64,000 bases of DNA. Source: Actinomycetes bacterium (GTDB taxonomy: Bacteria; Actinomycetota; Humimicrobiia; Humimicrobiales; Humimicrobiaceae). The notes beneath the pieces were generated by a model. The model saw only the letters and a list, made by a program, of their open reading frames with translations. It searched no databases and had not been told where the DNA came from. The position numbers and the translations under genes are program-made. Positions 11,101-21,362 of this stretch are shown in pieces; positions within the stretch are counted from its first letter, which is position 1, and each line of letters starts with the position of its first letter. The DNA lies in assembly GCA_022396035.1 (NCBI GenBank), contig JAIOXO010000007.1, positions 2,473 through 66,472 of the forward strand. Direction: 5' to 3'.

Positions 11101-11638
11101 GGTAAAAATTACCCTCTCCAAATATATTCAAATATGTATCCAGGGCTTTTTTGGCCAGGTCATCCCTTCCCGCCTGAAACATCTTGGGTATCTTTCCGGA
11201 TATGCAACCGCTTAAAGCCAGGATTCCTTCACTGTACTGCCTCAGCAGCTCTTCATCTATTCTGGGTTTATAATAGAAACCTTCCAGAAAGCTCATGCTT
11301 ACCAATTTCATAAGGTTCTGGTAACCAGTCTTATTCCTGGCCAGCAGGGTAAGATGAAAGGGGGCCGAGTCCTTAAGACTGCTGCCGCTGGCCTGTTTAA
11401 GATGCCTGCTTTTGGGGGCCTGGTAAACCTCACAGCCTATAATAGGCTTTACTCCCTGGCTCACCGCCTGCCTATAAAAATCTATGATGCCGTACATTAC
11501 TCCGTGGTCGGTCAGGGCTACCGCCGGCATATTAAGCTGTTTTGCTTTCTGAACCAGTTCTTTTATACGAACTGCCCCATCCAGCAATGAATACTCGCTA
11601 TGAACATGTAAATGGACAAAATTATTCTTCGAAGCCAT
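8099..11638 (-). CDS. dnaE: DNA polymerase III alpha subunit
   Basis: PHP domain HLHVHSEYSLLDG, GRGSAAGS, PDIDID, KMDFLGL, YGFNKSH, C-terminal OB fold; no intein. Confidence 0.98.
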   Translation of the reverse strand: MASKNNFVHLHVHSEYSLLDGAVRIKELVQKAKQLNMPAVALTDHGVMYGIIDFYRQAVSQGVKPIIGCEVYQAPKSRHLKQASGSSLKDSAPFHLTLLARNKTGYQNLMKLVSMSFLEGFYYKPRIDEELLRQYSEGILALSGCISGKIPKMFQAGRDDLAKKALDTYLNIFGEGNFYLEVQDSGIPGQEQVNTQLVDFSRKYGVPLVATNDVHYLEQEHSRAHDALLCIQTGSTINQTDRLKFSSNEFYFKSYQQMFKKLGHYPQAVENTLDIAEKCNVELEFGLSLIPPYRVPSSHSPDSYLKEICYKGAEDRYGELTPEIKQRLEKELSVIEKMGFSEYFLIVWDFVQFAKKNNIRVGPGRGSAAGSIVSYVLKITDIEPLKYGLLFERFLNEERKSMPDIDIDFCYEKRSEVIKYVTQKYGENRVAQLITFGTMAARQAIRDAGRVLEVPYAEVDKIAKMIPMELNVTIQNSLDQVADLKEMYEKDATIKEVIDTASSLEGICRQDSIHAAGVVISAQDLFNYTPIQREGNEDIVTQYKMEDVQEIGLLKMDFLGLKTLSLIDKTLFFISKTKNIDIDTDTLDLEDKKTFRMLSDGECLGVFQLESSGMRELVINLKPSRFEDLVALLALYRPGPLQSGMVSDFVEAKNGRKKINYPHPSLKPILESTYGIILYQEQVMAIASELAGFTMSEADILRSAISKKKRKLLARQKTKFLQGAKGKGIEEKTAQKVFELINHFAEYGFNKSHSTAYAMISYQTAYLKANYPVEFMAALLSIRMGSQEKVAQYVNETRRLGIEVLPPDINESYSDFTVVTDSIRFGLSAIKNVGSNVIEEIEKERKKGGKFEDFIDFCQRITSAALNKKTLESLIKCGAFDSLKLSRKFLLEHYERIVEETLKVRKDRQAGQFSLFDSQEGQQEDVMLGSLMEKAAGYGEFAQKELLNFEKEMLGLYISGHPLKEFSQALRSLTPLHQLADLRDKTNIEVGGIIAGIKSIFTKNNKQMLFVTLEDISESVEIIVFPNVLEKNKDVLLEEKIVRIAGRLDKKEDQFKIIASEVSLLGREDSHTVPVQTASDNQEASVKKPAAKVILSIEEQSLNHDLIDKLYQLLKDNQGQTKVELMVVKNGNGGHRKKFHLPHDFCIDFNHSFVDKLKDNFSDNVHWQEVPTEERSNFA

Positions 11639-11641
11639 ATA

Positions 11642-13309
11642 TCAATAAACCACCCTATACATCTCTTCCAAGGAAGTAACTCCTTCAGCTACTTTTTCTG
11701 CCGCTCTTTCCAACAAAGTTTTCATTCCCTCTGACCGGGAAGTTTCGGTTATATCATCAACACTTCGTCTTCGCAGCAGCATTTCCCTAATCTTTTTAGA
11801 AACCACCAGCACTGAAAATATGCCGGTTCTGCCCTTGTAGCCCAGATTATTGCATTTGCTGCAACCTACCGCTTTATAAATCTTGTGTCCTTTTAAGACT
11901 TCCATTGTATCCTGGTCAATATTATAATTTTCAAGGTCTGCTTCCACCTTGCATTCTTCACACAGGACCCTCACCAGCCTCTGGGCCACTATTCCGCTAA
12001 TAGCCGAAGAAATCATATAGGATTCCACTCCCATCTGAAGCAGCCGGGCCAGAGTAGAAGGTGCATCATTGGTATGGAGAGTGGTAAGCACCAGGTGCCC
12101 GGTTACCGCAGCCTGCATAACTATCTTGGCTGTCTCCAGATCCCTGATCTCTCCCACCATAATTATATCCGGGTCGCTTCTAAGCATGGCCCGTAAACCC
12201 CTTGAAAAATCCATCCCTATTTTGGAATTAACCTGAACCTGCATAATGGAGCCCAGCCTGTATTCCACCGGATCCTCTATGGTAAATATTTTCTTGTCCG
12301 GGCTGGATATCTTATTCAGGCTGGCATAGAGGGTGGTGGTCTTGCCCGACCCGGTAGGACCGGTAATAACTATGGACCCGTGCGGCTGGACAATCATTTT
12401 TTTAAATTTCTCTTCATCTTCCTCTTCCATGCCCAGATTCTTGATATAGAAAAGGTTTTCGCTTACATTCAGCAGCCTTATAGTAATATTCTCCCCAAAA
12501 ACGGTTGGTATGGAGGCAAACCTCAGGTCAATGGTATTTCCATGATAATTAAAAGAACTTCTTCCGTCCTGAGACAGCCTGCTCTCAGTTATATCCATGC
12601 CTCCCATTATTTTATATCTGGAAATAAGCAGTCGCTGCACCGTTTTAGGAACATCTTTGATCTTCTGCATAACTCCATCTATTCTGAACCTTATGGAGCA
12701 ATTCTTTTCCTGGGGTTCTATATGTATATCGCTGGCTCCCATAGAAATAGCCTTCAGTATGATCCGGTTGGCCAGCTTGACCAGGGGATTTCCTTCCACT
12801 ACCTCGTCTTCAAACTTTTCAGTTATGATAAAGTCCTGGTCATCTATTATCTCTTTTATCTCCTGCAGGCTGTAGTCATCACTCATAAATATTTTTATAG
12901 CACTATCTATATTATCCTTGGTGGCTATATAGGGCTTTATATTATAACCGGTAATAAGCCTGATCTCATCTATAAGGTTTATATCCAAAGGATCAAACAT
13001 GGCCACGGACAAACTATTGTTCTCCAGGTTAAAGGAAAATACCTTTCTCCTGGAGGCAAAATCCCTGGGTATTAAATTTACCACCCCGGGTTCAATGGAT
13101 TCCTGATTTTGTACCAGGTCAATGGTCTCAAAGCCTTTCTGAAAAGAGAGGACTTCTACCAGCTCCTCGGCAGTGATATAGCCCTTGTCTATCATAATCT
13201 TACCCAGCTTTTCACCGGATTTTTCCTGGGATTTTAATGCATTTTGCAGCTGTTCCTGGGTTATAAGGTTTTTTCTTAAAAGAATCTGCCCCAGTCTCTC
13301 TCTATCCAA
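11642..13309 (-). CDS. GspE/PilB-family secretion/pilus assembly ATPase
   Basis: MshEN-like RLGQILL N-terminus, ASDIHIEP, GPTGSGKTTT, TIEDPVE, GEIRD, TGHLVLTTLHTN, Zn CxxC pairs. Confidence 0.93.
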   Translation of the reverse strand: MDRERLGQILLRKNLITQEQLQNALKSQEKSGEKLGKIMIDKGYITAEELVEVLSFQKGFETIDLVQNQESIEPGVVNLIPRDFASRRKVFSFNLENNSLSVAMFDPLDINLIDEIRLITGYNIKPYIATKDNIDSAIKIFMSDDYSLQEIKEIIDDQDFIITEKFEDEVVEGNPLVKLANRIILKAISMGASDIHIEPQEKNCSIRFRIDGVMQKIKDVPKTVQRLLISRYKIMGGMDITESRLSQDGRSSFNYHGNTIDLRFASIPTVFGENITIRLLNVSENLFYIKNLGMEEEDEEKFKKMIVQPHGSIVITGPTGSGKTTTLYASLNKISSPDKKIFTIEDPVEYRLGSIMQVQVNSKIGMDFSRGLRAMLRSDPDIIMVGEIRDLETAKIVMQAAVTGHLVLTTLHTNDAPSTLARLLQMGVESYMISSAISGIVAQRLVRVLCEECKVEADLENYNIDQDTMEVLKGHKIYKAVGCSKCNNLGYKGRTGIFSVLVVSKKIREMLLRRRSVDDITETSRSEGMKTLLERAAEKVAEGVTSLEEMYRVVY

Positions 13310-13391
13310 ATCTTGCGCCCTTCCTAATACCAGTTAATATCATTGACTTAATTATAATATAAGTTAATTATTGCCACAAAGGGATTAGTAA

Positions 13392-14162
13392 TTAACTTTC
13401 CCGGCAATGTTTTTTATTTATAATTCCTGCTGTATAACCTGCGCCAAAGCCATTATCTATATTGGTCACCACTACCCCCGGGCTGCATGAATTCAGCATG
13501 GTTAGCAATGCTGATATTCCCCCCAGACTGGCTCCATAGCCCACACTGGTGGGCACCCCTATTACCGGGCAGCTTACCATGGCCCCGATTACCCCGGGAA
13601 GCGCCCCCTCCATTCCAGCCACACATACTATTACTCTGGAATCCTGGAGCTGCTGACGGTAATTTAACAATCTATGCATTCCGGCAATACCCACATCATA
13701 AATTTTTTCCACCTTGTTTCCCATAAGATAGGCAGTTATTGCTGCCTCCTCGGCCACCGGTATATCCGAGGTGCCTGCGCAAACCACAGTAATACCTGAA
13801 CATAATTCCTGCCCATCGGCTACCGGGGTATATATAATTTTTGCCTCCGGGTTAAAACTTATATCCGGCATCTTTTGTTTCAGTTTCAGGTAAGCCCGGT
13901 GGCTGGTCCTGGTTACCAGCAGTAATCCTGAATATTTATTTATCTTCTCCGCTATTTTTAGAAGTTGCTCATCGGTTTTATTCTGGCCAAAAATTACTTC
14001 AGGAAAATCCCTCCTGATACTGCGGTGATGATCAATTTTGGCAAAGCCGAGGTCTTCAAAGTAAATATCCTTTATTCTGGATAAAGCCTCACCTTTATCC
14101 AGCTGGCCGCTCCTGTATTCTTCAAGTAGTTTTTCCAAGATGTTGTTTATCTGTTGGTTCAT
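13392..14162 (-). CDS. larB: Nickel-pincer cofactor biosynthesis protein LarB (PurE-like)
   Basis: D.HR..R..FPEVIFG..K, AGTSD.PVAEEA, DVG.AG.HR, AGMEGAL, PTSVGYG, NIDNGFGA motifs. Confidence 0.93.
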   Translation of the reverse strand: MNQQINNILEKLLEEYRSGQLDKGEALSRIKDIYFEDLGFAKIDHHRSIRRDFPEVIFGQNKTDEQLLKIAEKINKYSGLLLVTRTSHRAYLKLKQKMPDISFNPEAKIIYTPVADGQELCSGITVVCAGTSDIPVAEEAAITAYLMGNKVEKIYDVGIAGMHRLLNYRQQLQDSRVIVCVAGMEGALPGVIGAMVSCPVIGVPTSVGYGASLGGISALLTMLNSCSPGVVVTNIDNGFGAGYTAGIINKKHCRES

Positions 14163-14171
14163 TTTAGAAAA

Positions 14172-14221
14172 AAATAAAGTGCATATCTAAACTTAATTTA
14201 TAACACATATGCACTTTATTT
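14172..14221 (-). terminator. Perfect 15-bp inverted repeat; probable intrinsic terminator of hppA (or operator)
   Basis: AAATAAAGTGCATAT (14172-14186) / ATATGCACTTTATTT (14207-14221), followed by a U-run on the minus strand. Confidence 0.55.
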
Positions 14222-14236
14222 AATAATTAATTTTTT

Positions 14237-16357
14237 TTAAAAATGGAATAATTTTCCTGAAAGATCCACCACCAATACCGCTGTTTCTATGGAAACCACA
14301 CTAATAAGTTTAATCAAAATGTTCATAGATGGTCCCGCGGTGTCCTTAAGGGGATCACCCACTGTGTCTCCTACTACCGAAGCAGCATGTTCGAGTGTAC
14401 CGCTGTTACCCTCCTCTTCTATTTTCTTTTTGGCATTATCCATGGCTCCTCCGGCATTGGACATGAAAATAGCCTGGGCGAACCCGGACAGCAGGGTACC
14501 GATAATCAGGGCCACTACTCCTCCCGGGCCCAGAACTATGCCTACCACCACCGGTATGGTAAAAATAAGAATACCGGGAGCAATAATGCCCCTCTGTGCT
14601 GCCCTGGTAACTATGGTGATGAAAGCTTTTGGATCCCCTTTTCCTTCTCCAGCCATAATCTTTTTAATCTGTTTTCGGGCTTCAATGACCACCTTGTTGG
14701 CTGCCCTGCTTACTGCCCCTATAAGCATGGAGGTAAACAGGAAAGGCATGATAACCCCTATAAACAGGCCGGCAAGTATCTTGGGGTCCCTCATAAAGTC
14801 CAGCACCACTTTTACATCTAGAAGCTCTATTTTGGAAAAATAAGCCTGTCCCAGAGCCAGAGCGGTTATAGCCGCGCTGCCGATCAACAGGCCCTTGCCT
14901 ATGGCCGCAGTGGTATTTCCAACTGCATCCAGCTTATCGGTAGTTTTTCTAACCTGGGGAGGAAGCTCGGCCATCTCAGCAATGCCTCCAGCATTATCAG
15001 CAATAGGCCCGTATACATCTATGGCTATTACAAATGGAGAAGTAGAAAGCATGGCTACGGCAGCCACCGCTACTCCATACAGGCCCATCTGGTAATTCAT
15101 GGCACCACCGGAAACAAAGAAGCTGACCAACATAATCGCTATTACCGTAAGCGCCGGAAGAATAGTTGATTCCATGCCGTAAGCCAGGCCGTTTACCACC
15201 AGAGTGGCAGGTCCGCTGTTGGCGCTATCTACAATATTGCGGGTAGGCCTGTACCTGGCATCGGTGTAAAGCAGGGTAAACAGCCCGATAAGAAAACCGG
15301 CTAAAAGCCCTCCTATGGAAGCATAGAAAAGAAAATTATACTCTGGCCCCATCAAAAACCTTACTATAAAAAAGGTAATGGCCATAATTATTACAACCGT
15401 TACCAGTATTCCCGACAGAGTGGTTCCGGTAAGCATGCTAACCGTTGATGTTTCCCTGTGCCGGCTTACTATATACTTGATAATAAATATGGCAATAATG
15501 GAAGCAACAGCCCCTGCGGTTGCTATAATCATGGGAAGCATTATGCTGTTTAAAATAAGGGGAGAATCCTTAAAAGCTAGAAAGCCCAGAAACTCGGCAG
15601 CAATAATTGAACCAACCCAGGATTCCAGTGCATCTGCCTTCATTCCACCCACATCTCCTACATTGTCCCCAACATTGTCAGCTATGGTAGCAGGATTACG
15701 GTAATCATCTTCCTTTAATCCTGACTCTACCTTGCCTACATAATCTGCCCCCATGTCTGCAGCCTTGGTAAATATTCCTCCGCCGGTTCTCATAAAAAAG
15801 GCCGCAAAACTGGCACCAATGGTAAAGGTTACAAGTATATTTACCACATTATCCAGAGTCATTGTCTGGCCTGAACCAGACCGGCCATACCACCAGTAAA
15901 GGATATTGAACCAGAAAGCAGTATCAAAAAGAGCCACTGTAGCCAGCAGCATACCTGATGCAGAAGCAGCAGTAAAAGCAATATTCATAGCATGGCCCAG
16001 CCCCTTTTCCTGAGCCGCATGAGTAACCCTGGAGTTGGCAGTGGTAGAAATCCACATACCGATATAGCCAATTAAAAGGCTAAAACCCATTCCGGTAGCA
16101 AAAGCAGGTATGGAAGCAAACTGCAGGTAGCCAAACTTAACCATTATTCCCAGTAAAGCAGTAATCACCACAAAAAAAATGGAAATAATTTTAAGTTGCT
16201 GATTGAGGTAGGCCCTGCTGCCTGTAAAAATAGCATCAGAGATTTCTCTCATTCTTTGGTTTCCCCTGCTCTGCCTGCTAACCAATCTGGCAAATACTAC
16301 CGCCAGCACCAAAGAGATAAGTGATCCGATAAAAGGTAGAATCCTAATAAATAACAC
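14237..16357 (-). CDS. hppA: Membrane-integral Na+/H+-translocating pyrophosphatase (K+-dependent type)
   Basis: [46 protein letters not shown] motifs; GTG start at 16357 after AGGAGG preferred. Confidence 0.95.
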   Translation of the reverse strand: MLFIRILPFIGSLISLVLAVVFARLVSRQSRGNQRMREISDAIFTGSRAYLNQQLKIISIFFVVITALLGIMVKFGYLQFASIPAFATGMGFSLLIGYIGMWISTTANSRVTHAAQEKGLGHAMNIAFTAASASGMLLATVALFDTAFWFNILYWWYGRSGSGQTMTLDNVVNILVTFTIGASFAAFFMRTGGGIFTKAADMGADYVGKVESGLKEDDYRNPATIADNVGDNVGDVGGMKADALESWVGSIIAAEFLGFLAFKDSPLILNSIMLPMIIATAGAVASIIAIFIIKYIVSRHRETSTVSMLTGTTLSGILVTVVIIMAITFFIVRFLMGPEYNFLFYASIGGLLAGFLIGLFTLLYTDARYRPTRNIVDSANSGPATLVVNGLAYGMESTILPALTVIAIMLVSFFVSGGAMNYQMGLYGVAVAAVAMLSTSPFVIAIDVYGPIADNAGGIAEMAELPPQVRKTTDKLDAVGNTTAAIGKGLLIGSAAITALALGQAYFSKIELLDVKVVLDFMRDPKILAGLFIGVIMPFLFTSMLIGAVSRAANKVVIEARKQIKKIMAGEGKGDPKAFITIVTRAAQRGIIAPGILIFTIPVVVGIVLGPGGVVALIIGTLLSGFAQAIFMSNAGGAMDNAKKKIEEEGNSGTLEHAASVVGDTVGDPLKDTAGPSMNILIKLISVVSIETAVLVVDLSGKLFHF

Positions 16358-16452
16358 CAATACCTCCTGAAATAAAGCAATAATTAATTTGAATAGCCCA
16401 CAAACTGGCAATAATTGTATAAAAAACTTCTCGAATAATCAATTTTTTTTGG

Positions 16453-18135
16453 TTATTTTAGAATTGCTCCTTCGGAAGCCGAACCAACATGGCGCCTGTA
16501 AAAATCAAGATAGCCGGTAAACGATTGGGGGACCGGTGGCTTATATTTTTTCCTCCTGCGGTCAATCTCATCCTCCGACAGACTCACTTCCACCTTGCCT
16601 CCTGCAACATCAACTATTATCTCATCTCCGTCTTGGATAATTGCAATAGGGCCTCCTGAAGCTGCCTCCGGACTTATATGTCCCACAAAACAGCCATTGT
16701 TGGAACCAGAGAACCTACCATCTGTAACCAGAGCAACTTCTTTACCCAGCCCCTGCCCATCCAGAAGCTTAAGGGTTTTCCACATCTCTGGCATACCGGG
16801 GGAACCCTTGGGCCCTTCATACCTTATAACCACCACCTGGCCGCCTTCAATTCCTCCTGCTTCAACTATCGAATTTGCCTCTGCCTCGCTGTCAAACACC
16901 CTGGCTTTTCCTTTAAAATAATGAAGCCGGGGATCAATAGCCGAAGGCCTGCAAATAGCGCCCTGGGGAGCCAGATTGCCCTTAAGGGCTTTTATGCCGC
17001 CAAATTTTCCATGAGGGTGGCCTATTTCTGCAATCACCTTACCGGTTTTAATACTGGCTCCAGCTATGTTTTCAGCCACGCTTTTTCCGCTGACAGTAAC
17101 TGCATCCAGATTCAGGTATTCTTTTAACTGATTCATAACCGCAGGCACACCTCCATCTTTATAGAACTCCACCACGCTGTATTTTCCTGCCGGTATCATT
17201 CTGGCTATATAGGGTACCTCCTGGCTTATTCTGCTGAAGTCATCGATGCTGAAATCAATACCGGCATCATGGGCAATTGCCAGTAGATGCAGGACAGAAT
17301 TGGTAGAACCTCCAATTGCAGAATTAAGCATAACCGCATTTTCCAGTGACTTGCGGTTAATAATATCTGTGGAGGTTATAGATTCCCTGACCAGTTCCAT
17401 TATCTGCTGCCCTGTCTCCATGGCTACCTGAAGCCTCTGAGCATTTACAGCCGGTATCATGGCGCTGCCTGGCAGGGAAAGACCCAGAGCTTCAGATATA
17501 CAGCACATAGTGTTGGCTGTTCCCAGCATAGAACAGGAGCCATGGGTAGGCTGGGCTTCATTTTCTATCTGGGTAAATTCCCGGCTGGATATCAGGTTCT
17601 TCTTCATCTTCTCTGCATACATTACCAGCGCAGAGCCATCAATTTCCGTACCGCCATAGGGATTTTCCTTAGAGATTATACCGGGCATCATGGGCCCGCT
17701 GTTTACCAGCATAACCGGTATATCCAATCTGGCTGCAGCCATTAGCATACCCGGAACAATTTTGTCACAGGAACCCAGCAATACCACCCCATCCAGGTGA
17801 TGGGCTTCAACCATGGTTTCAATGCTGGCCGCGATTACTTCCCTGGTGGGAAGTATGTATTTCATGCCCCTGCCTGCCTGGGCTATGCCGTCACAGGCAG
17901 CAATAGTGCCAAATTCCACCGGGGTCCCCCCTCCGACTCTTATGCCCTCCTTGACCTTTCCGGCAATTGCATTGAGCCCAAAATGGCCTGTACATATATT
18001 ATTATAAGAATTGGCCACAGCTATTATGGGCTTTTTAAGATCATTGTCGGTAAAACCCATGGATTTATACAGGGATCTTTTTATGGAGTTTTCAGGACCG
18101 CTCAAGATATGCTTGCTTCTCCAAAACATATACAT
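16453..18135 (-). CDS. ilvD: IlvD/Edd-family dehydratase (second paralog)
   Basis: CDG, CDK..PG, C..GTANTM, GGSTN, RYEGPKG.PGM.E, TDGRFSG motifs. Confidence 0.85.
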   Translation of the reverse strand: MYMFWRSKHILSGPENSIKRSLYKSMGFTDNDLKKPIIAVANSYNNICTGHFGLNAIAGKVKEGIRVGGGTPVEFGTIAACDGIAQAGRGMKYILPTREVIAASIETMVEAHHLDGVVLLGSCDKIVPGMLMAAARLDIPVMLVNSGPMMPGIISKENPYGGTEIDGSALVMYAEKMKKNLISSREFTQIENEAQPTHGSCSMLGTANTMCCISEALGLSLPGSAMIPAVNAQRLQVAMETGQQIMELVRESITSTDIINRKSLENAVMLNSAIGGSTNSVLHLLAIAHDAGIDFSIDDFSRISQEVPYIARMIPAGKYSVVEFYKDGGVPAVMNQLKEYLNLDAVTVSGKSVAENIAGASIKTGKVIAEIGHPHGKFGGIKALKGNLAPQGAICRPSAIDPRLHYFKGKARVFDSEAEANSIVEAGGIEGGQVVVIRYEGPKGSPGMPEMWKTLKLLDGQGLGKEVALVTDGRFSGSNNGCFVGHISPEAASGGPIAIIQDGDEIIVDVAGGKVEVSLSEDEIDRRRKKYKPPVPQSFTGYLDFYRRHVGSASEGAILK

Positions 18136-18173
18136 TCCTCTAATAATTAAATAAAATTATTATACTAATAAAA

Positions 18174-19766
18174 CTATTTCATGTTCTGAGTTTTTTCTAC
18201 ATGCATCAAACCGTAAATTATACTGTCCTCCAGAGCCTCCCAGCTGGCCTCTATTATGTTCATAGACACTCCTATGGTGCCCCATGTAGTTTCGCCGTCA
18301 GTGGACTCGATAAGTACCCTGACCATAGCTGCTGTACCCTTCTTCTCATTCAGTACCCTTACCTTAAAGTCGCTGAGTTCTATATTTTCAATTTGAGGGT
18401 AACAATTAATTATAGCTTTTCTTAAAGCCTTATCCAAAGCATTTACCGGACCATTCCCTTCCGCGGTCTCAATAATGCGGTTGCCTTCAATATATACCTT
18501 TACCGTGGCTTCAGACAACATTTCCCCATCAGCTCTTTTTTCATTTAATACCCTGAAGCTCTCCAGGCTGAAAAACTTCTTTTTAATCCCTGCCACATCC
18601 CTTACCAGCAGCTCAAAACTTCCGTCAGCAGCTTCAAACTGATAACCTTTATGCTCCAGGTTCTGAACCCGGTTGAGTATTTCAGAAACTTTTTCCAGAT
18701 CATTTTCCAGATTTACACCAAATTCATTGGCTTTAAGTATTATTGATTTCTTGCCAGAAATCTCAGAGATAAGGATACGCCTGGTATTACCTACCATCTC
18801 TGGCTCTATATGTTCAAAGGCTTTTGAAATCTTGCTAACCCCGCTTACATGCATGCCCCCCTTATGGGCAAACGCGCTCTGACCCACAAAAGGCTGGTGA
18901 TTATTATGGGCCTGGTTGGCTATTTCGCTAACAAACCTGGACAGGCTGGTTATGTGTTTGAGGCTGTCATCCTTTAAGCATTTCTTTCCCAGCTTTATTT
19001 CCAGATTTGGAATAATCTGGCACAGATCAGCATTCCCGCACCGCTCTCCATAACCATTAATAGTGCCCTGCACCATCCTTACTCTATCCACCATATCTAT
19101 GGCATAAACACTGTTGGCTACCGCGCATCCACTGTCATTATGGAAATGTACCCCCAGAGGAACGCTGGTTTTCTCTGCAGTTTTCTTAACTATTTCCAGT
19201 GAATTCCGGGGCAGGAAACCACCATTGGTATCACATAAGACCAGAAAATCAGCACCGGCTTTCTGTGCAGCCTCCAGCGTTTCCAATGCATATCCGGGAT
19301 TTTTTCTGTAACCGTCAAAAAAATGTTCGGCATCAAATATAACTTCGGAAAAATATTCCTTTAAAAATTTTATGGAATCATAGATCATCTCCAGATTGTT
19401 TTCCAGGGAAGTTTCAATAACCTTTTCCACATGCAATGAAGAAGATTTGCCAAAAATACAGACCGTATCTGTATTGGCTTCAACCAGAAGCCTCAGGTTC
19501 TTATCATCCTGAGCCTTCGAATCCTTGTATCTGGTCCTCCCAAAAGCCACGATTTTGGAATAATCATATTTTCTTTTCTTAAGCTGTCCGAATAATTCTT
19601 CATCTTTGGGATTGGAAGCAGGAAAACCCACCTCAACATAATCAATACCAATCTGGTCCAGCTTATCTATGATTAACAGCTTATCCCTTACCGATAATGA
19701 TACGTCTGCGCTCTGGGTACCATCCCTTAAGGTGGTATCAAAGGTATAAACCTTGTTTTCCAGCAT
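18174..19766 (-). CDS. cimA: Citramalate synthase
   Basis: DTTLRDGTQ, FDAEHFFDG, LCDTNGG, HFHNDSG, FAHKGGMH, FEAADGS; motifs typical of bacterial CimA. Confidence 0.92.
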   Translation of the reverse strand: MLENKVYTFDTTLRDGTQSADVSLSVRDKLLIIDKLDQIGIDYVEVGFPASNPKDEELFGQLKKRKYDYSKIVAFGRTRYKDSKAQDDKNLRLLVEANTDTVCIFGKSSSLHVEKVIETSLENNLEMIYDSIKFLKEYFSEVIFDAEHFFDGYRKNPGYALETLEAAQKAGADFLVLCDTNGGFLPRNSLEIVKKTAEKTSVPLGVHFHNDSGCAVANSVYAIDMVDRVRMVQGTINGYGERCGNADLCQIIPNLEIKLGKKCLKDDSLKHITSLSRFVSEIANQAHNNHQPFVGQSAFAHKGGMHVSGVSKISKAFEHIEPEMVGNTRRILISEISGKKSIILKANEFGVNLENDLEKVSEILNRVQNLEHKGYQFEAADGSFELLVRDVAGIKKKFFSLESFRVLNEKRADGEMLSEATVKVYIEGNRIIETAEGNGPVNALDKALRKAIINCYPQIENIELSDFKVRVLNEKKGTAAMVRVLIESTDGETTWGTIGVSMNIIEASWEALEDSIIYGLMHVEKTQNMK

Positions 19767-19778
19767 TATTTTCTCCCC

Positions 19779-20858
19779 TCAAATACTTTTCTTTATCTGT
19801 GAAATAATTAATTGGCCCATGCGTGAGGTCCCTACCAGCTCTTTACCTTCCTGGTAAATTTCACTGGTTCTGTACCCTTGATCCAGTACATGGCCTACAG
19901 CTTTTTCAATCAGGCTATAAATATCATCCCGCCTGAAAGTATATTTAAGCATCAATGCCACCGACAATATTGCCGCAATGGGGTTGGCTTTATCCTCCCC
20001 GGTTATATCCGGCGCGCTTCCGTGGATAGGCTCATACATGCCCATCATATCCTGTCTTAGAGAAGCAGAAGGAAGCAGTCCTATGGACCCGGATATCATG
20101 GCCGCTTCGTCACTCAGGATATCACCAAACATATTGGAAGCCAGGACTACGTCAAACTGCCCGGGATCCCTTATAAGCTGCATGGTGGCATTATCCACAT
20201 ACAGATGGTTCAGTTCCACATCGGGATACCCGGAACCAATATCAATCACTATTTCTCTCCACAATCTGGAGCTCTCCAGGATATTTGCCTTATCTATGGA
20301 AGTGACCTTTTTCCTTCTCTGCCTGGCAAATTCAAAAGCAAGCCTGGTAATCCTTTCAATCTCATAATCTGCATAAAGCATGGTATCAAAAGCCTGGATA
20401 TGCCCTTCTTCTTCTATCCGGTTACGGGGTCCAAAATAAATGCCTCCGGTAAGTTCCCTTACCACCAGTATATCCACATGTTCCAATAACTGCGGCTTTA
20501 AAGCCGAAGCCGATACCAGAGAATTAAAGATCTTTACAGGCCTTAAATTGGCATAGAGGCCCATCCCTTTTCTCAGGGCCAGCAAAGCATCCTCGGGCCG
20601 GGGTTTGCCGGGATCGGTTGACTCCCACCTGGGTCCGCCCACTGCGCCCAGCAGGACTGCATCCGCCTGCTTACATTTTTCTAACACTCCATCGGTTACC
20701 GGTTCACCGGATTCATCAATACTGGCTCCGCCTGCCAGGCCATACTCATAATCCAGGTTTAAATTAAACTTATCATTTATAAGGTCCAGGACCGCTACCG
20801 CTTCCCTGACAATATCCGGTCCTATGCCGTCGCCCGGCAAAATAATTATCCTGCTCAT
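19779..20858 (-). CDS. leuB: 3-isopropylmalate dehydrogenase
   Basis: GDGIGP, NLRP, RELTGGIYFG, NMFGDILSDEA, EPIHGSAPDI motifs. Confidence 0.97.
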   Translation of the reverse strand: MSRIIILPGDGIGPDIVREAVAVLDLINDKFNLNLDYEYGLAGGASIDESGEPVTDGVLEKCKQADAVLLGAVGGPRWESTDPGKPRPEDALLALRKGMGLYANLRPVKIFNSLVSASALKPQLLEHVDILVVRELTGGIYFGPRNRIEEEGHIQAFDTMLYADYEIERITRLAFEFARQRRKKVTSIDKANILESSRLWREIVIDIGSGYPDVELNHLYVDNATMQLIRDPGQFDVVLASNMFGDILSDEAAMISGSIGLLPSASLRQDMMGMYEPIHGSAPDITGEDKANPIAAILSVALMLKYTFRRDDIYSLIEKAVGHVLDQGYRTSEIYQEGKELVGTSRMGQLIISQIKKSI

Positions 20859-20861
20859 ATA

Positions 20862-21362
20862 CTATTCCTGACTGCCCAACTGTTTTTTTACAAAATTTAT
20901 GTAGCCTCCGCTTTCAATTACTCTCTGTATGAATTCTGGAAGCGGTTTTATGTTATAAGTTTTATTCTGGGTTAAATTATTAATAATGCCCTGGCTTAAA
21001 TCTACATCTAATTCATCTCCATCTTTAATCTGGCCGGCTGCTTCCCTGCTCTGTATAACCGGTAAACCTATATTTATAGCATTCCTGAAAAAAATCCTGG
21101 CAAAGGAGGCGGCAATTACCAGTTTAACCCCGCTGCCCTTAATAGCCAGCGGTGCATGTTCGCGTGAAGAGCCGCAACCAAAGTTCTGGCCGGCCACTAC
21201 TATCTTTTTGCTTTTCAGCTTGGCCTCAAAATCCTCATCCAGATCTTCAAAGCAATGTGCGGCCAGCTCATCGGGGTCACTGGTATTAAGATATCTGGCT
21301 GGTATTATTACATCAGTATCAACATTATGGCCATACTTTAAAGCCTTATCCCTGATAATCAT
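20862..21362 (-). CDS. leuD: 3-isopropylmalate dehydratase small subunit
   Basis: [33 protein letters not shown]; ATG at 21362 after GGAGG overlaps the leuC stop. Confidence 0.96.
   Translation of the reverse strand: MIIRDKALKYGHNVDTDVIIPARYLNTSDPDELAAHCFEDLDEDFEAKLKSKKIVVAGQNFGCGSSREHAPLAIKGSGVKLVIAASFARIFFRNAINIGLPVIQSREAAGQIKDGDELDVDLSQGIINNLTQNKTYNIKPLPEFIQRVIESGGYINFVKKQLGSQE

Noticed and set aside
8099-11638. Intein or split in dnaE
   Set aside because: Normal length and continuous polymerase motifs; no splice-junction motifs.
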